Origin: a virus
Strand: one strand, 5' to 3'
IMG/VR virus record: IMGVR_UViG_3300027714_000004
Location: 81,427 to 145,426 of that record
DNA: 64,000 bases
A program made the position numbers and the translations under genes. Below are positions 17,474 to 27,406 of the stretch, one piece after another. The stretch's first letter is position 1. The number at the start of each line of letters is the position of its first letter. Under the pieces are notes generated by a model. That model was not told where the DNA came from and ran no database searches. It worked only from the letters and a program-made list of their open reading frames with translations.

Positions 17474-18198
17474 TGTCATATTTCAGATCCTTTCCCACAG
17501 TAGCGTACGTGTACGGTGATGGTAATAGTATATCCTTGACGGATAACCTTGCTGCCTATGCAGAGATCATCGATACCGTGAAAGACAATACGTCATTCTA
17601 TCAAGATTATTATATCCAGATAGGGGAAAGACCCGACCACGCTGCGTACACGTTGTACAAAAACCCTCTACTACACTGGACATTCTTTTTGATGAATCCT
17701 AAGTTGAGGGAGAGAGGATGGCCTGAACTCCAACATAAAGTGTTGGAGAAGGTTAAGTTGGACTATCCTAATATTGTACTGACTACTCGTGACGAGATAT
17801 TTGCTACGTTCAAAGTAGGTCAAGAGGTGACGGGACAAACGTCATTGGCGACTGGTGTGGTGGTTAGTAAGAATCTGGATCTAGGTCAAGTTGTTATCAA
17901 AACAATCCTAGGTACCTTCGATCCCACCGGAGAACAAGTGAACTCCGTTGTGGGTCTCGACATAGAGATACTCCATACTGTTTCTGTTGGCCCTGAGTAC
18001 CTGTCTGCGAAACACTATACCGTGGATGGTGAACAGGTTAGTATCAATCCTTATATCGGCCCTAGTATAACTGATTATGAAGTTACTCACTATGAGCACT
18101 ACATATCCGAAAACGATGAACTAAAGCAAATACGAGCTTTAAAACCATCTACTATAAGGTCTATATCAAGGGCGTTTGCTGACGCTTTGGAGTCATAA
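17473..18198 (+). CDS. gp53: Baseplate wedge subunit
   Basis: MSYFRSFP, GERPD..A..LY....HW...N, and YEH...ENDELKQI motifs. Confidence 0.85.
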   Translation: MSYFRSFPTVAYVYGDGNSISLTDNLAAYAEIIDTVKDNTSFYQDYYIQIGERPDHAAYTLYKNPLLHWTFFLMNPKLRERGWPELQHKVLEKVKLDYPNIVLTTRDEIFATFKVGQEVTGQTSLATGVVVSKNLDLGQVVIKTILGTFDPTGEQVNSVVGLDIEILHTVSVGPEYLSAKHYTVDGEQVSINPYIGPSITDYEVTHYEHYISENDELKQIRALKPSTIRSISRAFADALES

Positions 18199-19514
18199 TG
18201 GCATCTAGTGAAAATAGTACACCCTTTTCTTTTGAAAGTATACAATTGGTTTCAAGTCACGAGAAGAAAATACCCTTCGAGATATCTGGTCTCGTGACCG
18301 ATCTAGATGTGTTCGAACATCTGGACAAACCATACCTGACTGCAATGATGGTATTCCAAGACACTCGAAACATTGTCAATGGCGGCAATATACGGGGAGG
18401 GGATACTGTAAAGGTTAAGATACGCAACAATGATAACACCTCTGGTAGTATGTTCGTTGATAAATCTTTTCGTATCGATAAGGTGATATCTTCAACTAGA
18501 ATGGAACAGAATGAGAATAGCGAAAGCGTTGTCTTTCACCTGATAGAGAACCACTGGTACGAATCTAACCTATACAATGTCAATAAATCCTATAGCGGAT
18601 CTACCACTGAGATCCTATCTAAGATATCATCGGAGTTCCTATCCAACCGAAAGATAGAATCGTCTAAGACTGACATACAGAGCTTCAAAGTTATTGTACC
18701 TAACCTCACCCCAATCGAATCTATGTCTTGGTTGAAGAATAGATCGACCACAGATGGGGGATATCCGTTCTACCTGTTCTCCACACTCGTAGACAATGAC
18801 CTACACTTCAAAGATCTGAAGACCATGATGTCCGAAAAACCTTGGAACGAGTTGATACCACACTCATTCGCAGCCTCCAATCAGGGTTCAGGTGAGGTCG
18901 AGATGAGAAGAACAATCAAGACGTACTCTCACAAAAACAGTGATAACCTGTTGACTCTTATCAATAAGGGATTGATCGGTGCTAAACATCAGTACTTGAA
19001 TGTCACTAAGAATATCTTGGATGAGGTCAAGTTCGATATACAGAAAGATGTTATTACTAAACTTAATACAGACGGGATCTCTAATGAAGATCGACCTTTG
19101 TATTCCGAAGACTTCAAGATAGGGGAAGACTCCTTCAATAAAATAGAGAGTCGTTTAATATCTCAAGTCAATGCGACTTCTGCATACCCTAAAGATAAAA
19201 GTTACTCGGAAAGTGATACTGTGGGTGAGTACAGAAGAGATATAATAAGTCGAACAGTACTAAATTTGATGCAAAGTGGCCCAATGACCATAACAGTCAA
19301 TGGATTCGACTTTGCTAACAAGAACTATAATAGTGTGGGTAGTGTTATGCGTATAGCATTCCTTCTAACGAGTTACAACGAAAATACATCTAAAACCTTT
19401 GATGGTAAGAAATCTGGCGACTACCTAGTATATTCTGCGAAACATTCGTTTAAGTCTGAAGGTTATGATGTTACTGTATCTTGCATAAAATTGACAGATG
19501 GAGACTTTGAATGA
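18198..19514 (+). CDS. Baseplate hub protein (gp27-like)
   Basis: Position between gp53 and gp5; IVPNLTP and SGDYLVYSAKHSF motifs. Confidence 0.55.
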   Translation: MASSENSTPFSFESIQLVSSHEKKIPFEISGLVTDLDVFEHLDKPYLTAMMVFQDTRNIVNGGNIRGGDTVKVKIRNNDNTSGSMFVDKSFRIDKVISSTRMEQNENSESVVFHLIENHWYESNLYNVNKSYSGSTTEILSKISSEFLSNRKIESSKTDIQSFKVIVPNLTPIESMSWLKNRSTTDGGYPFYLFSTLVDNDLHFKDLKTMMSEKPWNELIPHSFAASNQGSGEVEMRRTIKTYSHKNSDNLLTLINKGLIGAKHQYLNVTKNILDEVKFDIQKDVITKLNTDGISNEDRPLYSEDFKIGEDSFNKIESRLISQVNATSAYPKDKSYSESDTVGEYRRDIISRTVLNLMQSGPMTITVNGFDFANKNYNSVGSVMRIAFLLTSYNENTSKTFDGKKSGDYLVYSAKHSFKSEGYDVTVSCIKLTDGDFE

Positions 19515-20203
19515 TACCGAATACCTTTATAGACTTTTACGGTGACCAGACTCGTTGGTTCCTAGGTACAGTAGTCGATCTTAAAGATCCTATGGAACTC
19601 GGTAGGGTGAAGGTCGACGTATTTGGTATGTACGATAATATCAAAGATGAGGATCTACCTTGGGCTCAGATCGTTATGCCTGTCACCGAAGGTGGTACAA
19701 AAGGATTCGGTAAGAACCTAGGTATCCAGATTGGTGCTCAAGTATTCGGAATGTTCCTTGACGGAAAGAACTCTCAGTTACCTCTAGTTATGGGGTCAGT
19801 CCCTAAAGTAGAGGGAGAAGAACTGTCTACCAACGATTCGACGCGTGGTACCAACCCATATGATCCTGACCTGTTCGTAGGTTCGGACGAGGTGCCTGTA
19901 CCCTATGGTGCAAAGTACCCTACCAACCAAGTCTCGGAGACTGCGGGCGGTCACCTAAAAGAGTACGATGATACCGAGGGTGCTAAACGTATTCGCGAAC
20001 GTCATGCGAACGGTACATTCTACCAGATGAACGATGATGGTGATATGGTCACACACGTGGTCAAGGATCGGTACACAGTCGTCGCTGGGGAAGATAAGAT
20101 ACATGTGAGTGGAAACGTGAAGGTTATTGTAGGCGGGGATGTAGACCTCTCTGCGACTGGTACCGTATCTATCAATGCCGCAAACATTAAACTGAATTCG
20201 TAA
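19511..20203 (+). CDS. gp5: Baseplate central spike gp5 (OB-fold plus short beta-helix, no lysozyme domain)
   Basis: WFLGTV...DPMELGRVKV...DLPWA, YPTNQVSETAGGHLKEYDDT motifs. Confidence 0.85.
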   Translation: MIPNTFIDFYGDQTRWFLGTVVDLKDPMELGRVKVDVFGMYDNIKDEDLPWAQIVMPVTEGGTKGFGKNLGIQIGAQVFGMFLDGKNSQLPLVMGSVPKVEGEELSTNDSTRGTNPYDPDLFVGSDEVPVPYGAKYPTNQVSETAGGHLKEYDDTEGAKRIRERHANGTFYQMNDDGDMVTHVVKDRYTVVAGEDKIHVSGNVKVIVGGDVDLSATGTVSINAANIKLNS

Positions 20204-21582
20204 TGACACCTGAGATGCCAACCATCAGTCTAGAGTTACCTTGCTCTGATTCTCTCCTTCCTACTAAAGCGGAGTACGTCCAATTCTATAATGATATTGC
20301 GATGATCCCTAGTAAGTTGAAGGCATACAAGTCAAGCATCGATCTCAATAAGATTGCTGCGGATAAGAAGAAACAACTAGAAGACGAAGCCGCTAAACTT
20401 GAAGGAGAGGTAGATAAACTCTCGGAGAAAGACATAGAGGCTGAGGTAAAGAAAGAGGTTGACAAGTACCTGACCCAACTGACTGGTATAGAAGATATCA
20501 TCGGACAGGTAGAAGAGTTCATGGAGATGCAAGAGACTATCCTATCTCCTTGGTGGTCGACAGGTAACATACGTAATTGGCAAAAAGAAGCTAACGATGC
20601 ATGGTCGGAACTTATCGACGAGTTCCATATCTACATCCCCGTCAAGATGCTAGAACTGATATCGAGTGTAGTTCCCGTGGATTTCAAGGTATCTATAATG
20701 GGTATCAGTGTTGATATACTGAAGATACTGGAGAAGGAAGAACAGGAACGTCTGAAGACACAGATTACAGAACAGGTAGAACTCTATTATAACATGGTTC
20801 CTGCTGGATATCAATACCATAAAGGTGAATTTGGTATTAAGTGTGATGAATGGAAGGGTAAACTAACTTGGGCTTATTTCAAAAACGAAGTACTCAAGTG
20901 GTGCACCAACCTATTACAATCAACCTTCGGTGCATTGATCGATGCATTCAAAGAGATATGGGACACCTTGGGTCTACCTAGTCTACCTACTCTATTGAAC
21001 TTCGATGTAGAGACTTTCATCCGTGAACAAATAGACTTGATCAAAGAACAAGCGTTGGGTCAAAAGGCATCCCTTGAAGCAGAGCTAGAACGACTCAAGA
21101 AGGACGCCGAGACACTGGAGGCAGATGCTAAGAAATTAGCGGAGGACACCAAGAAGGACGTAGAGAAATTAGCGGAGGACACCAAGAAGGATGCCCAAGA
21201 AAAGATTGCTAAGTTGGAAGAGGATATCGCAAACTTCACTATCAATGGATTCATCGTCGACGAACTCAAAAAAGTATCCTTGTTCGGTGTGACTCTTATA
21301 GATGTCATTGGGGGTGAGATCGATACCAATGTTGTGGTACCTGAAGAACAGATAAACGAAATGGTACGTGCGGCTAGAGATTGGTTTGCACAATGGCAGA
21401 AAGAACTGATCAACATGTGGATCAATGAGATCAAATCATTCCTAGATGCTATAGGACTAGGTGCGGTCTTAGATTTCCTAACCCTCACCTTCTGTGATGT
21501 ATTGAAGTTAATTGGGGTTCCGATGTCAATAGATTTAACTTTACCTGAATTACCTCAGATAGACGTTGCGGTTTCTGTATAA
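20203..21582 (+). CDS. Hypothetical helical/coiled-coil virion-associated protein
   Basis: TAATG coupling to gp5; heptad segments and amphipathic helices. Confidence 0.6.
   Translation: MTPEMPTISLELPCSDSLLPTKAEYVQFYNDIAMIPSKLKAYKSSIDLNKIAADKKKQLEDEAAKLEGEVDKLSEKDIEAEVKKEVDKYLTQLTGIEDIIGQVEEFMEMQETILSPWWSTGNIRNWQKEANDAWSELIDEFHIYIPVKMLELISSVVPVDFKVSIMGISVDILKILEKEEQERLKTQITEQVELYYNMVPAGYQYHKGEFGIKCDEWKGKLTWAYFKNEVLKWCTNLLQSTFGALIDAFKEIWDTLGLPSLPTLLNFDVETFIREQIDLIKEQALGQKASLEAELERLKKDAETLEADAKKLAEDTKKDVEKLAEDTKKDAQEKIAKLEEDIANFTINGFIVDELKKVSLFGVTLIDVIGGEIDTNVVVPEEQINEMVRAARDWFAQWQKELINMWINEIKSFLDAIGLGAVLDFLTLTFCDVLKLIGVPMSIDLTLPELPQIDVAVSV
21131..21191 (+). repeat. 33-bp tandem repeat (KLAEDTKKD x2)
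   Basis: AGAAATTAGCGGAGGACACCAAGAAGGA occurs twice, 33 nt apart. Confidence 0.85.
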
Positions 21583-21585
21583 ATA
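21578..21585 (+). promoter_or_regulatory. Late promoter TATAAATA
   Basis: Exact consensus upstream of gp25. Confidence 0.8.
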
Positions 21586-21607
21586 GTATGAAAAGAGTTT
21601 AATCATT

Positions 21608-22048
21608 ATGGCAAAAGAATTCTCAATACAAGACGGTAACCTTTCTAATAGACCAATCACGGTTAGCATACCCCATGTTAATAGTGATGTTGATTGTTCT
21701 TTTGAAAAGAAACCTTCGGGCGACATATATAAAAAGACAGAGGCAGCTGCCGTTCGTCAATCAGTAAAGAACTTATTGATGACTAACTACGGTTCCGTGC
21801 CATTCCGACCTCTTCTCGGTGCTAACCTAGGAGATCTTCTGTTTAACCTGTCGACCAACTTAGAAAGTGAAGACGTACGTATTGCCATACGAGAAACTTT
21901 ACGAGATCACGAACCTAGAGTTAGAGTAAAAAAGGTTGACGTGAATATTAAAGACGAATATAATAGTGTTAGTATACAAGTGACTTTTGAAGTAATTAGT
22001 ACATCAGTGACTGACTCTGTGAACGTGAACATCGCGAGGATACGATAA
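21608..22048 (+). CDS. gp25: Baseplate wedge subunit
   Basis: AVRQSVKNLLMTN....PFRP..G and HEPRV motifs. Confidence 0.9.
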   Translation: MAKEFSIQDGNLSNRPITVSIPHVNSDVDCSFEKKPSGDIYKKTEAAAVRQSVKNLLMTNYGSVPFRPLLGANLGDLLFNLSTNLESEDVRIAIRETLRDHEPRVRVKKVDVNIKDEYNSVSIQVTFEVISTSVTDSVNVNIARIR

Positions 22049-23821
22049 ATGACAATAAAAACTTCTGATCTAGATTTTGCAAACATTAAACAAAGTCTAA
22101 TAGAACACTTCCAACAGAGTGACGATTTCAATGATTACGATTTTGATGGTAGTGGACTCTCTAGTCTCCTAGATGTACTTGCGTACAATACACACATCAA
22201 TGGATTGACAGCCAACATGGCGATCAATGAATCCTTTCTGTCTTCATCTCAGATACGATCTTCAGTACTTGCTCACGCCGAAGCGTTGGGGTACACTACG
22301 AAGTCTCGTACAGGTTCAACTGCTCTAGTTAACTTAACTATCGATGCACTACCCCTCGAAGATGTTTTGACAATACCTTTGTACCACAGATTCTCAGCAG
22401 ACGTTGATGAAGTAGCCTTCACCTTCTCTACTCAGGAACAGTTTACCGCATACAAAGAAAATGACCAGTTCTTTTTCGAAAATGTTCGGATTCATGAGGG
22501 TGCTACTAAATCAAACACCTTTATCGTATCTGACGAAGACTCTGCATATGTGATAGCAGATAAGAACATAGATACGTCTACCATGCTCGTTAAGGTATTC
22601 GAGAACTTCAACACGACATCTTACACCACATACATCAATATCGAAAGTTCGGTTACTATCGGTGACGAGTCTAGAGTGTACATTGTAAAGGAAGTCTCGA
22701 ATGGTTATTTCGAAATCTTCTTCAGTGATGGTAACGTATTGGGTACGACTCCTGCGGTAGGTAGTAAGGTTCAGGTAGAATATTTACAGACCCGTGGCCC
22801 AGAGTCTAACGGTGCTACTCTATTCTCCGCTGAATTCCTGAATGGAAGACCGATTACTGTCGAAACTGTATCTAAGTCGTCAGGAGGTTCCGAGAGAGAA
22901 TCCCTATCTCAGATAAAGAAGAATGCTCCTAGAGTATACACTGCACAGCAGAGACTCGTCACTGCGGCAGATTACGAGAATTTGATTAAGAGTAAGTTTT
23001 CAGAATATATAAACGATGTTGTTGCATGGGGTGGCCACGATAATATACCACCTGAGTTCGGTAAAGTCTTTGTTAGTCTAAACTTCAATGAGGGTACTGA
23101 CGAACAGAAGAAAACAGCGACCGAGACTCTTATCCAAGATAATCTGACCTCTAACCTCGCTATTATGTCAATCGATACCAAATTCGTTGACCCACAAGAG
23201 ACGTTCCTCGAACTAACGTGTAGATTCAACCTAGACCCTACTAAGTCAGAGACCCCTGAGGCTATGCAGGTAGCGGTGAAGAATATCATCAAGACACACT
23301 TCAATTCCTCACTAGAGACCTTCGACGCAGTCTTCCGTAGATCCAATCTATTGAAAGATATCGACGATCTGAGTTCTGCTATACTGAACTCTCGTTTGGA
23401 CGTTGTAGGTCAACAGAGAGTATTGATAGAAAATAATAACCAAAGGGACTATACAATAAATTTCCCTTATGCGATTGCTGCTCCGGACAAAGACGACTAT
23501 ACTGTAAAGACCTCTATATTCAAATATCAGGGTCAGGATGTGTATATCAAGAATGTTCTTGGGTCAAACCGACTACAGATATTCGACCTAAGTAATGTTG
23601 TTAGAGAGAGAAACATAGGATGTTATGAACCCGCGACAGGAGAGGTTTTCTTCACGGCACTTTCAGTAGACACTCTGAACCCCATTACATTGAAAGTATC
23701 TGTGACTCCTGCTAATACTAGTACAGTACGTCCACTAAGAAATTATATCATCATGTTGGACGAAGACGCATTATCTGCCAATGCAGTAATTGACACTCAG
23801 TCTACCAGAGTATTATTGTAA
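22049..23821 (+). CDS. gp6: Baseplate wedge subunit
   Basis: LDFANIK, DYDFDGSGLS.LLDVLAYNTH and QQRLVTAADY motifs. Confidence 0.92.
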   Translation: MTIKTSDLDFANIKQSLIEHFQQSDDFNDYDFDGSGLSSLLDVLAYNTHINGLTANMAINESFLSSSQIRSSVLAHAEALGYTTKSRTGSTALVNLTIDALPLEDVLTIPLYHRFSADVDEVAFTFSTQEQFTAYKENDQFFFENVRIHEGATKSNTFIVSDEDSAYVIADKNIDTSTMLVKVFENFNTTSYTTYINIESSVTIGDESRVYIVKEVSNGYFEIFFSDGNVLGTTPAVGSKVQVEYLQTRGPESNGATLFSAEFLNGRPITVETVSKSSGGSERESLSQIKKNAPRVYTAQQRLVTAADYENLIKSKFSEYINDVVAWGGHDNIPPEFGKVFVSLNFNEGTDEQKKTATETLIQDNLTSNLAIMSIDTKFVDPQETFLELTCRFNLDPTKSETPEAMQVAVKNIIKTHFNSSLETFDAVFRRSNLLKDIDDLSSAILNSRLDVVGQQRVLIENNNQRDYTINFPYAIAAPDKDDYTVKTSIFKYQGQDVYIKNVLGSNRLQIFDLSNVVRERNIGCYEPATGEVFFTALSVDTLNPITLKVSVTPANTSTVRPLRNYIIMLDEDALSANAVIDTQSTRVLL

Positions 23822-23822
23822 A

Positions 23823-24845
23823 ATGTATAATATAGAAATCAACCCTAAGAGGAATAAGATATCCTTCCATAATTCTAAAGTTGTTGAAGCGTTACCTGAT
23901 TTCTATGATACCGAGTATCCATTATTCATTAAGTTCTTAGAAACTTACTATGACTATATGGATGGTGATGCCGATGGGTCTTTTTCTAGAGTTATACGTG
24001 ACCTATTCCACGGACGAAATATCTCCGCGTTAACATCTACAGTAGACGATCAAGGGAATCCCGTATATAACGACTTCCTCGATCTGTTGTTCGATGAGAT
24101 AGGGGATGGATTAAATTCGTCATCCTTCCATGACAACCCAAGAATGATGGCTCGGTTAATCTCTGACTTCTATCGTTCTAAAGGTACACAGATATCTGCT
24201 GAACAGTTCTTCAAAGCATTCTTCAATGAAGATGTCGAAGTAACGTATCCAAAGAGAAACATCTTCATACTGAATGACCAACCCGGCGGTTCCTTAATTG
24301 GGCCAGAGTCGTTGAAGTACATTCAAGATGATAAGAGATACCAGATATTCTCGGTTCTTTTGAAAACAGGTCTATCGTTCAGTGACTACGAAGACTTGTA
24401 TAAGAGAATGGTACATCCTGCTGGATTCTACCTATCGGCAGACGTAGTTATCAATGGTCACGCTATAATGGGTGTACGTGCAGGTCTACCTACAGATCCA
24501 CTCGCTCCCGCTGAATACCCAATGCAACTTGTCAGTCAGTCATCAGGTGCAAATGTTGTTCCAGAGTTCAACTTATTGAACATGGCACATCCATCAGGGG
24601 CAGGTGGTATATCTCAGTTCAACTTACTGACTGCGTCAGATCCAGTTGACAGTCAATTACTGATCAGTTCTATGAAGATACTCGATCAGTATCATGATAT
24701 GTCTCTAAGTAGATTGCAAGAGATCCACGGAACTATTGCTGAGTGGGGATCACCGAATTCGGTCACTATGGACGACCAAAACATTCTCATGTCAGATACC
24801 GCTTATTGTAAAGATGCTGATGAAGCAGAAGATACACTACCATGA
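23823..24845 (+). CDS. gp7: Baseplate wedge initiator (short gp7-like)
   Basis: YPLFIKFLETYY, FYRSKGT and VHPAGF motifs; follows gp6. Confidence 0.7.
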   Translation: MYNIEINPKRNKISFHNSKVVEALPDFYDTEYPLFIKFLETYYDYMDGDADGSFSRVIRDLFHGRNISALTSTVDDQGNPVYNDFLDLLFDEIGDGLNSSSFHDNPRMMARLISDFYRSKGTQISAEQFFKAFFNEDVEVTYPKRNIFILNDQPGGSLIGPESLKYIQDDKRYQIFSVLLKTGLSFSDYEDLYKRMVHPAGFYLSADVVINGHAIMGVRAGLPTDPLAPAEYPMQLVSQSSGANVVPEFNLLNMAHPSGAGGISQFNLLTASDPVDSQLLISSMKILDQYHDMSLSRLQEIHGTIAEWGSPNSVTMDDQNILMSDTAYCKDADEAEDTLP

Positions 24846-24881
24846 AATTAAACAAACATAACAGAAATTTAGGGAAGTATA

Positions 24882-27074
24882 ATGACTAGACAAATCATAG
24901 GATTAGGTGCTGCTGCCAACAATAATAGTGGTGATACCCTACGAGCAGCTGGTAATAAGATTAATGATAATTTCAATGAAATCTATTCCCTACTTGAACT
25001 TACAGGTACAGATGGGACTGGAGTAACTCTTGCAGACTTAGAGTCTCTTATTGGTACATCGGTAGATAGCGCCCTAGGTTCTAGTAACTTGACTGGTGAC
25101 CTCGCAGCACTTGTTGAGACCAACCAAGCAGACATTACGTATATCTTATCACAACTTACCACTGTTCAAGGATTGATTGATAGTGATACAGATGCGAGTG
25201 CCACAGCACGTGCAGATTTGTTAACCTATATCGATGTTAATGGAATCGACATCACGGTACTTTCTCAAGACATCGTAGACCTTAAAGTAACTCTAGAGAA
25301 TAGTATTGCCGCTGCAAACAGTACTCTAACTGCACGTATCGACCAAACCGAAGATTCTCTTACTGTACTTGCATCTGATGTAACTGCATTGGAAGTACAA
25401 ACATCGACCGACCTTGGTGATGCAGTGTCTGCCGCAACAAGTTCATTGACTACCCGTATTGATGCAACTGATGAATCGTATTCAGTCATAGCGTCCGATG
25501 TCACTGACTTGAAAGTTGGTTTAGCACTAATTGACTCCGACTTCATATCTGGGATCGCAGGCGCTACTGCTAACACCACACTCTTAGCTCGTCTTGACGC
25601 TAACTCTGATTCGATAAGTACGCTATCCGGACAATACACAAACCTCGGTACGACTCTTGATATCTTGGATAGTGGTGCAGTAACAACAATAGCCGCAGAT
25701 GCGGATAAGGTACTGGAAGCAAGCATCACCGTGACAACAGATGGTAAAATAGCTGTAGTTAGTAAAAGTGTAACCGATCTTACAACTATTCTGAAGGATA
25801 GTGAAAACGGAACTGTTTTAACAGGTAGTGCTGTAAACGCACTATCTACTCGTCTTGACGCAGATAGTAACAAGATGTCTAGTGTAAGTGAGTCCTTAAC
25901 CACTCTTACCGCTACTTTGAAGGATAGTCCTAATGGTACAATCCTCACTGGTAGTGCATTATCTTCACTATCTGCCGCAGTGTATGATTCTGAAAATGGT
26001 ATTGGGTCTTTAAGTTCGGACATCGTCAGTCTAAACAATTCGTTAAAAGACAGTCCTAATGGAACTCTCATTAGTGCTAGTGCGGTATCTAGTTTAACTT
26101 CAGCAGTATTTCATGACTCCACTGGTCTTTCATCATTAAACAGTGACTTCACTGAGTTGAAGGGAACCCTAGGAGATTCGACAGGTGGAATTATTGCTAG
26201 TGTAGCAGCATTCGAAAGATTATCAGCTGACCTAAATTACAACTCTGATACTGGTACCACTTCCATAGATGCTAGTAAACTAACTAACTTGTCAGCTGCG
26301 ATTGGAGACACAGTAAACGCAAGCGGTAGTGATGAATTATCAATATTATTATATGATAATTCTGATGGTGTTGGTGCACTGGGTACAAAGTTAACTACTC
26401 TAACCAATACCCTGAAGGATAGTCCTAATGGTACAGTACTCTCTGGTAGTGCGGTATCAGGACTTACCTCTCGTATGGATGCGGATAGTGCTAGCCTTTC
26501 AGTATTAAACAGCGACTACACTAGGTTGAAGGGTACCCTAGAAGATTTGTCAACTGGACTTTTTGCTGAGGTCGAAGCACTAGAAGAATTGACTTCTAAG
26601 ATAGTATTGGACTCTGCCGGAAACCTCGTAGTATCTGCTTCGAGTATTACTGACCTATCATCAACGATTGGTGGTGTTGTTTCTTCGGCAACATCTGGTA
26701 TGATTACTTCTGCCACTTTAGCGGCAGCATTAGATAGTGGTGATCACGTTCCAGACCTAACATCCAAATACTTCGTCAACTTGAATGCCGGAGTCTTTGC
26801 AGGGTTCGAACTATTAAGTGGTGCTTCGGTATCATCTCTCGTTATGAGTGTAAATGACTTTAAGGTACAGACACCAAGTGGTGACAACACCCCCTTTAGT
26901 GTTAACACTGAGGACGGTATTGTTGAGATGGAGAATGTACGACTTAAAGGTGAACTAGATATTGAACAAACGGTTGCTGGCGAAGGTACGTTGAAGATAG
27001 ACAATCAGACGATAGTAATCAAAGACGCTTTGGGAAATGATCGTGTTAGATTCGGTAAACTAACACCAACTTAA
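24882..27074 (+). CDS. Baseplate-attached coiled-coil fibre with a gp9/gp10-type N-terminus and a J-like (DUF1983-like) C-terminus
   Basis: IGLGAAANNNSGDTLRAAGNKINDNF; repeated LKDSPNGT units; PFSV...RVRFGKL end. Confidence 0.65.
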   Translation: MTRQIIGLGAAANNNSGDTLRAAGNKINDNFNEIYSLLELTGTDGTGVTLADLESLIGTSVDSALGSSNLTGDLAALVETNQADITYILSQLTTVQGLIDSDTDASATARADLLTYIDVNGIDITVLSQDIVDLKVTLENSIAAANSTLTARIDQTEDSLTVLASDVTALEVQTSTDLGDAVSAATSSLTTRIDATDESYSVIASDVTDLKVGLALIDSDFISGIAGATANTTLLARLDANSDSISTLSGQYTNLGTTLDILDSGAVTTIAADADKVLEASITVTTDGKIAVVSKSVTDLTTILKDSENGTVLTGSAVNALSTRLDADSNKMSSVSESLTTLTATLKDSPNGTILTGSALSSLSAAVYDSENGIGSLSSDIVSLNNSLKDSPNGTLISASAVSSLTSAVFHDSTGLSSLNSDFTELKGTLGDSTGGIIASVAAFERLSADLNYNSDTGTTSIDASKLTNLSAAIGDTVNASGSDELSILLYDNSDGVGALGTKLTTLTNTLKDSPNGTVLSGSAVSGLTSRMDADSASLSVLNSDYTRLKGTLEDLSTGLFAEVEALEELTSKIVLDSAGNLVVSASSITDLSSTIGGVVSSATSGMITSATLAAALDSGDHVPDLTSKYFVNLNAGVFAGFELLSGASVSSLVMSVNDFKVQTPSGDNTPFSVNTEDGIVEMENVRLKGELDIEQTVAGEGTLKIDNQTIVIKDALGNDRVRFGKLTPT

Positions 27075-27091
27075 TCTAAGGAGATTATACG

Positions 27092-27406
27092 ATGTCTAAT
27101 TATGGAATGGAAATTATAAGTCCAGATAGTGACGGTAATGGTAACTCGATAGTATCGCGAGTTGTTTTCTCCGATAGTATTAGAACCTCCAATATCCAAC
27201 TACACGAGACAATATCCTTGGCCAAGAATACAAGTACATTTATCTCTTGTCTAGATGCTAACGATCCCTCTAAAATAATAATCACCTTTGAACAGGCCCG
27301 TGGTTTTGTTATAAGTAACAAGACCCCTCTTGGGTTTACAGTAACTAATGAATACCAGTACATGAACACTCTTACTGGTACAGTCATCGCAGTGAGAATT
27401 GGATAA
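27092..27406 (+). CDS. Small fibre-tip accessory protein (MSNYGMEI)
   Basis: AAGGAG RBS; paralogous in position and N-terminus to 39981-40355. Confidence 0.6.
   Translation: MSNYGMEIISPDSDGNGNSIVSRVVFSDSIRTSNIQLHETISLAKNTSTFISCLDANDPSKIIITFEQARGFVISNKTPLGFTVTNEYQYMNTLTGTVIAVRIG

Noticed and set aside
25265-26071. Long antisense or alternate-frame ORFs (also 35727-36482, 50171-50692, 11949-12320, 38235-38633 and others)
   Set aside because: They are shadows of strongly codon-biased real genes, with no recognisable RBS or motifs.
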